Below are positions 50,160 to 59,586 of a stretch of 64,000 nucleotides of DNA, in pieces. This DNA comes from an uncultured SAR86 cluster bacterium (GTDB lineage Bacteria; Pseudomonadota; Gammaproteobacteria; Magnimaribacterales; D2472). A model generated the notes under the pieces. That model was not told the origin of the DNA. It saw only the letters and a program-made list of their open reading frames with translations, and did not search any database. The position numbers and the translations under genes were made by a program. The stretch lies in NCBI GenBank assembly GCA_943788515.1, contig CALSQM010000004.1, positions 20,576 to 84,575 of the forward strand, written 5' to 3'. How positions within the stretch are numbered: the stretch's first letter is position 1; every line of letters begins with the position of its first letter.

Positions 50160-51383
50160 ATGGATTTGAACTACGGAGCTGAATACGAAGATTTTCGAAA
50201 AGAAGTTAGAGAATTTTGCAAGGAATGGAAAGGAGTCAATTTTAAAGATTCTGCAAAAATACCAATGACGCAGGCTTTTGAAGCTACTGGTGTCACTATG
50301 TCTAGATCGGAATGGCAGTCTACACTAATTGAAAAAGGTTATTTCGCACGCTCTGTACCTAAAGAATATGGAGGCTTTGGGGGTGAGAGCGATATAATTA
50401 AGAACAGAATAATTGCATCAGAATTCTCAAATGCAAACATACCAGCTGCAATGGGTGGTCAAGGAATAGATATGTTGGTCCCAACCCTCTTAGAGCTTGG
50501 CACTGAAGAACAAAAAAAACGATATATTAAACCAACTCTTCATGGAGAAATGATTTGGTGCCAGGGGTACTCGGAACCAAACGCTGGAAGCGATTTAGCC
50601 AGTTTACAAACAAAAGGTGAGCTTGTTAACGATAGCTGGGTAATTAATGGTCAAAAAATTTGGACTAGCACTGCTCAATATTCACAAATGATGTTTTGTC
50701 TTGTTAGAACTGAGCCTGATGCACAAAAACATGCTGGAATAAGTTATTTATTAGTGCCAATGGATACTCCTGGATTGGAAATAAGGCCGCTTGTTGATAT
50801 GACACTAAAAGCAGGCTTTAACGAAGTATTTTTTACAGATGTGACTATCCCAAAGGGAAATATAATAGGTAAAAGAGGAGAAGGATGGGCAGTAGCTAAC
50901 GCCACTCTTGGTCATGAAAGAGGCTCATTAACAGATCCTAACGCTACTGTTAATAGAGTAAATTCTTTAATCGATAGAATGAAAGAGGAGCGACTAGATG
51001 GAACACGATTGATTGATATACCTGTCTATAGAGACAAGCTTATATCAATACAAGCAAAGGTGATGGCATTTCAATCTAATTCCTTAAGAGTTCTTTCATC
51101 AAAACTGAATAAAGGTCAGGATACAAAAATAGCTGGAATGATTCAGAAGCTTGTTGGTACAGAACTTAGGCATGAATTGGAAGGTTTTGCTGTAGATATT
51201 ATGGGAGAGGTTGGAACATTGTACGAAGATAGCCCTCATTTAAGAGATAGTGGTTCATGGCAATTTCTATATATGTACTATTTAGGCTTAATAATAGGCG
51301 GTGGTACTAGTCAGATTCAAAAAAATATTATTTCTGAGAGAGGTTTAGGAATGCCAAAAGAGCCGAAGGCTCAGGGAGTTTAA
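50160..51383 (+). CDS. Acyl-CoA dehydrogenase family protein
   Basis: WCQGYSEPNAGSDLASL and C-terminal GGGTSQIQKNIISERGLG. Confidence 0.88.
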   Translation: MDLNYGAEYEDFRKEVREFCKEWKGVNFKDSAKIPMTQAFEATGVTMSRSEWQSTLIEKGYFARSVPKEYGGFGGESDIIKNRIIASEFSNANIPAAMGGQGIDMLVPTLLELGTEEQKKRYIKPTLHGEMIWCQGYSEPNAGSDLASLQTKGELVNDSWVINGQKIWTSTAQYSQMMFCLVRTEPDAQKHAGISYLLVPMDTPGLEIRPLVDMTLKAGFNEVFFTDVTIPKGNIIGKRGEGWAVANATLGHERGSLTDPNATVNRVNSLIDRMKEERLDGTRLIDIPVYRDKLISIQAKVMAFQSNSLRVLSSKLNKGQDTKIAGMIQKLVGTELRHELEGFAVDIMGEVGTLYEDSPHLRDSGSWQFLYMYYLGLIIGGGTSQIQKNIISERGLGMPKEPKAQGV

Positions 51384-51384
51384 A

Positions 51385-52474
51385 GTGTATTTTGGATTAT
51401 CAGAAGATCAAATATTCTTTCAAGAAAATGTATCAAAATTTCTAGAAGATCAGGCCAGCCTTGATATTATTAGGTCTATCACTGAAGGAGACTCGCTAGA
51501 GCTTCAAGGGGAAATTCATAGTGGCTTAGTTAACTTAGGATTGGGTTCGCTTCTTATACCTGAAGAGTTTGGCGGGCTTGGATTAGACTTACTTTTTGCA
51601 ACTGCTGTAAGTCAAAGCTTGGGTGGCGGGATAGCGCCAATTGCCTTTACTGGATCTTATATAATGGCTCCGTTAGCAATTATTTTTGGAGGAAATCAGA
51701 TACAAAAGGAAAGATATCTAACTCAGATGTCTAAAAATTCTATAAGGATTGGGGTTGGTTTTTCACAATATATTGGTGCTCGAGATAACTCAACGATTGA
51801 AATGAATAGCAATAAAATCTCAGGAAGATCTCTATTTGTTTTAGATGCAAAGGACGCTACACATTTAATGCTTTCAGATGCAAACGGAGTCATTGGCTTG
51901 GTATCAACAAACTCTTCAGGAATCGAAATAGTTGAACTAACCACCGTTGATAAGACTAGAAGTTATTCGGAGGTTATATTAAATAATGTAGACGTAGATG
52001 TACTTGAGCAAACTACCTCTAGTAATGATGCTATCAATAAAGCAGTTGATGGCGGTCGAATAATTCTTGCAGCTGACAGTATTGGGGCTTCACAAAGGCT
52101 CATTGACAAAGCAGTTGCATATTCAAAAGAGCGTAAACAATTTGGTCGTGTAATTGGGTCTTTTCAAGCAGTGAAAGCATATGTGTGCCGAAATGGCTGC
52201 TGATTTAGAGCCCTGCTATTCATTGGTATGGCACGCCGCTTATTGCTTTGACAATTCTCCAGATGAGGCCCGGTTAATGGCTTGCCATGCAAAATCTCAT
52301 GTTTCAGAAATATCAAAAATGATAGCTAAAAAAGCCACAGAAGTTCATGGTGGAATGGGATTTACAGACCTAATGGGGTTACACTATTGGTTCAAAAGAA
52401 TCGGAGTTAACAGGCATACCCTTGGAGCGCCTGAGCTCGTAAGAGAAGAAGCGGCAAATATACAAAACTTTTAA
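51385..52474 (+). pseudogene. Acyl-CoA dehydrogenase family protein interrupted by one frameshift
   Basis: ORF 51385..52203 (GTG start) ends ...RKQFGRVIGSFQAVKAYVCRNGC*. ORF 52181..52474 continues MCAEMAADLEP...EVHGGMGFTDLMGLHYWFKR. The ACAD alignment (FQAVKH.CAEM) is continuous if one base near 52180..52190 is removed. Confidence 0.8.
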
Positions 52475-52482
52475 AATTATCT

Positions 52483-54556
52483 GTGAAAAATAAATATTCT
52501 TATATCTCTATATTAGCGTGCTGTATTTTTGTAGTTGCATGTGGAAATGGTAATCATATTAAAAAAGAATATGTTTCTCAAAATTTAAGTGCCGATAAAA
52601 TAAAAATTAGCCAAGAAGTTTTTACTAAAATTGAACAAAGTCATTACGTAAAAGATTTCGTTGGGGAAGATTTTAATAAAAATTATATTATTGCTCTTAT
52701 AGATAAGCTTGATGGGAATAAACAATACTTTACTAAAAATGAGGTTGAGCAATTTATAGCCAGATCTGAACTATATAAAGAGACAGATTTTGATATCGAT
52801 ATTTCTTATGAAATTATCAACCTTTATTTTAAGAGAATTGTTGAATTTTCTGAGTTCCAAATAAACTTAATTAATAACTTTTCATTTTCATTTGAAAAAG
52901 ATGATTTTCTAGATATATATTACAAAGACAATGAGTGGCTTATTGATCAAAACGCCTTAGACAACCAATGGAAACTTCAAACTAAAAATGAATTCCTTTT
53001 AGCCAAGATGTCTGATGACTCATCAACAAATCCAAAAAATGACTTGATTAAAAGATATAAAAATAGAATAAAAAGAGTTAACCAGCAAAAAGAGGAAGAC
53101 ATTTTTTCAATAGCTATGATAGTAATGGCCAACCAATTTGACCCACATTCTTCATACCTATCCCCAAGATCAGCGGAAGACTTTGATATGAATATGTCTT
53201 TAAAGCTTGAAGGAATTGGAGCATTGCTTGGCATTGAAGATGACTATACAAAAATTATAAGCCTTGTTCCTGGAGGCCCTGCTGAAAAATCAGGAAAAAT
53301 TTCACCAGACGACAAAATAACCAGGATAAGACAGAAAGGTAAAGAATCAGAATATGTTGATGTTATAGGATGGAGAATAGATGAGGTGGTCAATTTAATA
53401 AGAGGTGAGTCTGATACAGAAGTTGAAATTGAATTTATATCATCTAAGGCAAGCGAAGGTGTTAGAAAAATAGTAACTTTAAAAAGAGAAGAAATTAAAT
53501 TAGAAGATAGAGCAGCTAAAGGAGAAATTTATGATTTAGGAGATAAATCAAAAATTGGAATTATTGACCTACCATCTTTTTATATTGATTTTAATGCTTA
53601 TCAGAATAGAACAAATGATTACAAAAGTAGTAGTAGTGATGTAAAGAAAATACTTGAAGATTTTAATGAAAATAGTGTTGATGCCGTTATTTTAGATTTA
53701 AGAAATAATGGTGGAGGTGCTCTAATAGAGGCAAATAAGATTATTGGTCTTTTTGTTGCCTCAGGACCTACTGTTCAAGTAAAACATAGTGCTGGATATA
53801 TACAGCCATATGGCGACAGTAAGGCTACTCAGGTCTGGGATAAACCTCTATTGGTTCTAGTTAATAGATATTCAGCTTCAGCTTCAGAAATTGTTGCTGC
53901 AGCAATTCAGGATTATCAAAGAGGCATTATTGTTGGCCAAAGAACATTTGGAAAAGGCACGGTTCAAAGTTTAGAAGACATATCAAAAGGACAGATTAAA
54001 ATTACTGAATCCAAATATTACAGAGTGGATGGAACCAGTACTCAAAATAAAGGTGTAGTGCCAGACATAATATTACCATCAACCTGGGATATTGAGACTG
54101 TTGGAGAGAGCTCCTACCCTACTGCCTTAGCATGGGACAAAGTAAGACCTTATAGGCATAATAAATTTCCGCTTAATTACAATAAGTTAAAAACCGTAAG
54201 AGAGCTTCATAAAGAACGTTTAAATAGGGATCCTAATCTAATTTATCTTAGCCAGGTAAGGAAAAGATATGACAACAACAAGGATAGAAAAGGAGCTTAG
54301 TCTCAATATAAATGAACGAATCAAAGAAAAAGATTTAAGAAAATTATGGTTGCTTGAAATCGAAAATAAAAGAAGATCAGCTTTGGGTTTAGCAATTTAT
54401 CCATCTTACCAAGCGTTGGAAGATTCTGAGGATGAAGAATTATTAGATAGGAATAACATCGACTTGGAAAATGATTTTTTATTGATTGAATCAACAAAAA
54501 TTATTACCGACTACTTGGATTTAAATAAAAAAATTGTCTTAACTGAAGTAAACTAA
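52483..54556 (+). pseudogene. prc: Tail-specific (C-terminal processing, S41) protease with a frameshift near the 3' end
   Basis: Lipoprotein-like signal (ILACCIFVVACG), a PDZ domain (GIGALLGIEDDYTKIISLVPGGPAEKSG), and the S41 core (NGGGAL, SASASEIVAAAIQDYQRG, TFGKGTVQ). The reading frame switches near 54285..54295, from ORF 52483..54300 to ORF 54269..54556. Confidence 0.82.
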
Positions 54557-54560
54557 ACTT

Positions 54561-55373
54561 ATGAGAATCGTATCATTTAATATCAATAGCATTAGGGCTC
54601 GTCCTCACCAACTCATTCATCTAAGAGATACACTTGATCCAGATGTAATTGGTCTTCAAGAAACCAAAGTAAATGATCCGGATTTTCCACTTGAGGTTAT
54701 TGAAGAGATTGGTTATCACCCAGAATATTGGGGGCAAAAAGGCCATTATGGCGTTGCATTTTTAAGCAAGAAAAAACCAATAAAAACTATTAAAGGCTTC
54801 AAGAAAGATACTGAAGAAGATCAAAAAAGATTTATAGAATGCACCTTTTCAAACGGTAAGTCAGAGATCACAATTATGAATGGATACTTCCCTCAAGGTG
54901 AAAATATTAATCATGAATCTAAATTCCCAAAAAAAATTAAATACTATGATGATCTCGAGCTCCATATTAAAAAACTAAAGAAAACTAAAGAAAATCTAAT
55001 AATCATGGGTGATTTTAATGTAGCTCCTGAGGATATTGATATAGGAATTGGTCCAGATAATATGAAGAGATGGCTCAGAGATGGAAAAACCTCATTTCAG
55101 CCTCAAGAAAGAAAAATGTGGAATAGCATAAAGGATATTGGTTTTGTGGATTCTTGGAGGGTGAAGCATCCTGATGAATCATCAATATATTCATGGTTTG
55201 ACTATAGATCAAAAATGTTTGATGACGATCCAAAAAGAGGATTAAGAATTGACCATATTATGGTTTCTAATAATCTAAAAGATTCTATCAAAGATGTTGG
55301 TATCGATTATGACTCAAGGGCTATGGAAAAGCCTTCTGATCATTGTCCAGTTTGGGTAGATCTAGATATATAG
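54561..55373 (+). CDS. xthA: Exodeoxyribonuclease III
   Basis: MRIVSFNINSIRAR...GLQETK...and DHCPVWVDL at the C-terminus, the EEP nuclease family. Confidence 0.93.
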   Translation: MRIVSFNINSIRARPHQLIHLRDTLDPDVIGLQETKVNDPDFPLEVIEEIGYHPEYWGQKGHYGVAFLSKKKPIKTIKGFKKDTEEDQKRFIECTFSNGKSEITIMNGYFPQGENINHESKFPKKIKYYDDLELHIKKLKKTKENLIIMGDFNVAPEDIDIGIGPDNMKRWLRDGKTSFQPQERKMWNSIKDIGFVDSWRVKHPDESSIYSWFDYRSKMFDDDPKRGLRIDHIMVSNNLKDSIKDVGIDYDSRAMEKPSDHCPVWVDLDI

Positions 55374-55378
55374 AATTT

Positions 55379-55814
55379 GTGATAATTATAAGATCGCCAA
55401 TTACATCAGATGAATGGTCAAAGTACGATGACTTTAGATGGGAAATTTTAAGAAAGCCCCTAAAACTATCCCATATTCCACTTAAAGATACTTTAGAAGA
55501 TATAAGTACACACATGATGGCTCTTGATGACCAAGATAAGGTTATAGCATGTGGTCGAGTTCATATGAATAACATCAACGAAGCCCAAATAAGGTATATG
55601 GGAGTAAGCTTGGAACATAGAAGAATCGGGCTTAGGATCAAAAATGATTGATAAGCTTGAAGATATCGCAAAGACTAAAGGTGCAAAAAAAATTGTTCTT
55701 AACGCAAGAGCTGAAGCCATAAAATTTTATGAGTCATTAGGTTATATAGAAACTGGTCCATATGAATCAGATATTAAAATACCCCATAGCTCAATGGAAA
55801 AATTAATATATTAA
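55379..55814 (+). pseudogene. GNAT-family N-acetyltransferase interrupted by one frameshift
   Basis: The track ORF 55343..55651 ends ...HRRIGLRIKND*. Shifting one base near 55630..55640 gives HRRIGLGSKMIDKLEDIAKTKGAKKIVLNARAEAIKFYESLGYIETG...*, with stop at 55812..55814. This restores GNAT motif A (R..G.G) and motif B. The probable start is GTG 55379, just after the xthA stop. Confidence 0.7.
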
Positions 55815-56272
55815 TTCTTTCTTCTTTTTTTAAAAAAATCTTTTAGGAGATTTGAGCTCTCTTCTTCAAAAAGCCCATACTCATATGAGACTTTATGATT
55901 AAATGTTAATCTTTCTAAAATATTATCTATAGACACTAAACTGCCTGTTTTTGGCTCAGGAGTTGCAAAAATAATTTTATCTACCCTAGCGTCAACAATT
56001 GCCTTTGCACACATATGACATGGCTCAAGAGTTGTATAAATTATTGCTTTATTAAGTCTATAGTTATCTAAACTTTTAGATGCTTCCCTGATTGCCATTA
56101 TTTCTGCATGAGAAGAAACATCATTATCTCTTATAACATTATTGTGACCACAACCTAGCACTTCATTACCCATAACCACAACGGCCCCTACAGGCACTTC
56201 ATTATTTATAAAGGATTTATTAGCCTCTTCTAATGCAAGTCTCATAAAAGACTTATCTTGATCAGAAAACAT
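55811..56272 (-). CDS. tadA: tRNA-specific adenosine deaminase
   Basis: HAEIMAIREA and PCHMCAKAI zinc-ligand motifs, and VPVGAVVV. Confidence 0.92.
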   Translation of the reverse strand: MFSDQDKSFMRLALEEANKSFINNEVPVGAVVVMGNEVLGCGHNNVIRDNDVSSHAEIMAIREASKSLDNYRLNKAIIYTTLEPCHMCAKAIVDARVDKIIFATPEPKTGSLVSIDNILERLTFNHKVSYEYGLFEEESSNLLKDFFKKRRKN

Positions 56273-56280
56273 ATGATTTT

Positions 56281-56814
56281 TTAATACAACTCTATATTTG
56301 CAATATCAAGTTTTGCATCAAAATCCTTACCGTAAGCTGCGAATGCTATTGTTCTTATTTTTGATTTATTAAGTCTTTTGGGCATATAAAAATTAGATTT
56401 TTTAATATCGCTAAATGGTATCTCTATAACAGACCAATTATCTTTGGGTTTAAAGCTAGCTGAATATCTGTCCCATGGAAATCTACAAGCTGGTGTTCTT
56501 AACCAAATATAGTAGTCATCAGGCGTTCCTCTTACTGTAATTCTTATGCCATTATAGTTTTGAGCATCTTGATTATTACGAAGAATAGATTGAATAAAGC
56601 CTCCATTATTTTTTGTGCTTACTGATCCCTCTAATCTATAAAAATTTCTTTCAATATCCTGTATCTCATAAAATGAAACCTCAGAAATACCACCCATTAC
56701 ATTATCTGAAACTGCAGACCATTGTGCTCGAATATCATTTACATTATCTATAACCATTGAGAATCCACTCAAAGAAAAAAAAATTAAAGAATATATTTTT
56801 AGTTTTGTAAACAT
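56281..56814 (-). CDS. CIA30-domain protein (complex I intermediate-associated protein 30-like), secreted
   Basis: Signal peptide, then WSAVSDNVMGGISEVSF...RLEGSVSTKNNGGFIQS, which is typical of the CIA30 family. Confidence 0.65.
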   Translation of the reverse strand: MFTKLKIYSLIFFSLSGFSMVIDNVNDIRAQWSAVSDNVMGGISEVSFYEIQDIERNFYRLEGSVSTKNNGGFIQSILRNNQDAQNYNGIRITVRGTPDDYYIWLRTPACRFPWDRYSASFKPKDNWSVIEIPFSDIKKSNFYMPKRLNKSKIRTIAFAAYGKDFDAKLDIANIELY

Positions 56815-57965
56815 TATAGTAAGTTTGTATCTTTTTCAGCAGGAAACCAAGGTAATTTACATATAACTGCATTATATTTTATTAGCGGTGAATCAATTAT
56901 AAGTTGATTACCCTCTTCTGAAGATGACGTATCTACGATTGCAAGACCAATATTCTTTTTGAGACGAGGTGAGTAAAAGCATCTTGAAAGCCTTCCAACT
57001 TTCTTTCCATTTTCATCTAAAACAGGCCAAAAATTTTCAGGAACTTTATCAATTGGGTTTCCATCCATTTCAACACCAATTAACTTACTAGAGGGTCCGT
57101 TTTTTTTGATCTTTTTCAAAGCCTCTTTGCCGATAAAGTCTATATCTTGATCAACATCTACCAATCTATCCAAGCCAATAGTAAATGGATTATGCTCTCT
57201 GCCGAAATCAGAGCCATAAGATAATAACCCCCCTTCAATAGTCCTTATATTATTTGGAGCTATTACAGTGCCATTAAATTCTTTAGCTGCTTCATAAACT
57301 AATTCAAATAATTCATTTCCTAACTTTCTGTCTTGTAAATAAAGCTCATAACTAAGCTCACCACTCCAGCCTGTTCTTGCAATAACCATAGGAATATTTT
57401 CTAAAGATGTTTGTTGAGCTTTATAGTAACCAAGATCATCATGCTGACCATCAAACAATTTTTGTATTAATCTTCCTGCCTTAGGTCCGCTTATTTGAAG
57501 TGGTGATACATCAGGCTCATGAATTATTACATTCATCCCAGAGTTCATAGCTAAACCTTGAAGCCATAACAAAACATCCCCATCACCAGGTGATATCCAG
57601 AACTTTTCTTCCTCAAGTTTAATTAAACATGCGTCATTTATAATGCCGCCATCAGGACCAGTTAAAATGATATATTTGCAATCTCCTACATTGCACTTTG
57701 AAAGATTTCTAGGGTTTATATATCTAATAAAGTTAAAAGCGTCAGGACCGGAAACCTCTACTTGCCTTTCTGCTGCAAAGTCTCCAAAAGTTACATCATT
57801 GATTAAGCTAAGATATTCTTTTTCAGGATTTGAAAAGCCAGTAGGTAAATACATTTTGTTATAAACGGTAAAGCCTGTAACGCCATATTTTAATGTAGAA
57901 TCATAATATGGTGATTTTCTTATCCTTGTACCTATTCCAATTAATAAAGGTAATTTTGATGGCAT
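56814..57965 (-). CDS. GcvT-family aminomethyltransferase, DmdA-like (possible DMSP demethylase)
   Basis: Collinear by eye with the DmdA-type branch rather than glycine-cleavage T protein: SPYYD..., VYNKMYLPTGF, ERQVEVSGPDA, EPDVSPLQISGPKA, GGLLSYGSDF. Confidence 0.6.
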   Translation of the reverse strand: MPSKLPLLIGIGTRIRKSPYYDSTLKYGVTGFTVYNKMYLPTGFSNPEKEYLSLINDVTFGDFAAERQVEVSGPDAFNFIRYINPRNLSKCNVGDCKYIILTGPDGGIINDACLIKLEEEKFWISPGDGDVLLWLQGLAMNSGMNVIIHEPDVSPLQISGPKAGRLIQKLFDGQHDDLGYYKAQQTSLENIPMVIARTGWSGELSYELYLQDRKLGNELFELVYEAAKEFNGTVIAPNNIRTIEGGLLSYGSDFGREHNPFTIGLDRLVDVDQDIDFIGKEALKKIKKNGPSSKLIGVEMDGNPIDKVPENFWPVLDENGKKVGRLSRCFYSPRLKKNIGLAIVDTSSSEEGNQLIIDSPLIKYNAVICKLPWFPAEKDTNLL

Positions 57966-58081
57966 AAATTACTCTCCCCTAAAAAATTTAATTAGATTAT
58001 TTTAATGCTAAAATTATCCATGAGTAAATCGAATATTGAGGAATTTACATTTTCATATATTATTATTGGAGGGGTAAATTA

Positions 58082-59179
58082 ATGGGAAAAAAAAGATTTT
58101 TTGATGATAGGCTAAAGTACTTATCATTCATTCAAAATACAGGCGAAAAAAGAGCCATATCATCTGAAATTTTTCCTCATATAAAATCTCTACCAAAAAA
58201 TAAAACATACCTAAGGATTCTTGATGCTGGTACTGGTGATGGGACTGTTAAGTCTAATGTTATAAAAAGTTTTCATAAATATCACCCATACACTTCACTT
58301 TTAATTACGGGTAAAGAAATTAGCTACGAAGATCTTAAAAATACATTAGACAAAATGCCTGATAGATTTGTAGAGCATCCAAATCTAATGGTAACAATGA
58401 CAAATGTTAAATTTGCAGAGCTTGGACAAATTGAGAGTGCAAAAAAAATAAAAGATAAAAGCGTTAAAAAACTCACATTAGTGCTAAAAGCGGACAATTC
58501 GTTTGATTTTAATGAACAGATTAATGGAATGGGAAATTTTATTAAAAAATATTGGGGAATAGAAATTGACTCAAAAGACAGAACTTCCTACTCTCACCCC
58601 TGCTTAATAAGGATTTATAGAGAAGATCATAAAAGATATCTTGAGCCATTTATTAATAATGATTATGAAAATAATAACTATGATTTAATCATTGCTTCTC
58701 AAGCATATCGAGCAATATCATCAACTATTACTAAAGTCTCCAATGTTATTGCCCCACTAATGAGGTTGCTAAATGTTTCTGGTAAGTTGCTAGTAACTCA
58801 CTCATGTGGAGATGATTCTGTAGAAAAAATTCTAAAACAGGCCTGGAGAGATAGAGACCACTTCCCCGTGAAGGCAAAAGAAATTATAGAGTACTTAAAA
58901 AATAATCCTGTCGGAGAAAATACTAGATTTACATATTCAAAGCCTAAGTCATATAGCTTTAAGTTTAAACGCACCCCTGACCAGACAGTGTCAGAATTAT
59001 TTGGGCATGGCTTAGATGCTAAGTGGGCGAATATTTTATATGTTGGCCAAATTCCAGAAAAAGATATAATGGCTCTTGAAAAAAATGTATCTGCTCTTAA
59101 AAGGGTTAAGAATGCAATTATTAAAGAAGAAAGAGTTTTTTTTAAGAATGAACTCTTTGCAATTAAAAAAATTAGATAA
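58082..59179 (+). CDS. Class I SAM-dependent methyltransferase-like protein
   Basis: Motif I is LRILDAGTGDGT. 365 aa. No more specific family recognised. Confidence 0.55.
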   Translation: MGKKRFFDDRLKYLSFIQNTGEKRAISSEIFPHIKSLPKNKTYLRILDAGTGDGTVKSNVIKSFHKYHPYTSLLITGKEISYEDLKNTLDKMPDRFVEHPNLMVTMTNVKFAELGQIESAKKIKDKSVKKLTLVLKADNSFDFNEQINGMGNFIKKYWGIEIDSKDRTSYSHPCLIRIYREDHKRYLEPFINNDYENNNYDLIIASQAYRAISSTITKVSNVIAPLMRLLNVSGKLLVTHSCGDDSVEKILKQAWRDRDHFPVKAKEIIEYLKNNPVGENTRFTYSKPKSYSFKFKRTPDQTVSELFGHGLDAKWANILYVGQIPEKDIMALEKNVSALKRVKNAIIKEERVFFKNELFAIKKIR

Positions 59180-59586
59180 TGAAAATATTAATAATGGGCC
59201 TTCCAGGAAGTGGGAAAACATACTTAGCTGAAAGACTGCAGCCTTTGCTAGAATCAGCATGGTACAACGCTGACAAAGTTAGAGAAATGGCAAATGATTG
59301 GGATTTTTCCCCTGAGGGAAGATTAAGGCAAAGCATGAGAATGAGAACCTTTGCTGATTATGAAAAAAGCCATGGAAGAATGGTTATTTGTGATTTTGTA
59401 TGCCCTACAAAAGATACTCAAAAGAGTTTTGACCCTGATGTAATTATCTGGATGGATACAATTACAGAAGGACGGTTTGAAGATACAAATAAAATGTTTG
59501 AAAAACCATCAAAGGTAGATTTCCATATAACGGAAATGAATGATCAAAATCATACCGATATAGCCAAGGAACTTAAAAATGTTTGA
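59179..59586 (+). CDS. Small P-loop kinase, adenylyl-sulfate (APS) kinase-like
   Basis: Walker A MGLPGSGKTYLA, followed by NADKVREMANDWDFSPEGRLRQSMRM, resembling the APS-kinase LDGDNVR...LGFS..DR..NIRR segment. The start overlaps the upstream stop (TAATG). Confidence 0.6.
   Translation: MKILIMGLPGSGKTYLAERLQPLLESAWYNADKVREMANDWDFSPEGRLRQSMRMRTFADYEKSHGRMVICDFVCPTKDTQKSFDPDVIIWMDTITEGRFEDTNKMFEKPSKVDFHITEMNDQNHTDIAKELKNV

Noticed and set aside
16195-55814. Reading the frameshifted genes as genuine pseudogenes, meaning genome decay or an endosymbiont-like state.
   Set aside because: The flanking sequence in each gene is perfectly conserved at family motifs, indispensable genes such as topA are affected, and one pair of shifts compensates within 63 nt. 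This fits sequencing or assembly error better, but I cannot prove it without reads.
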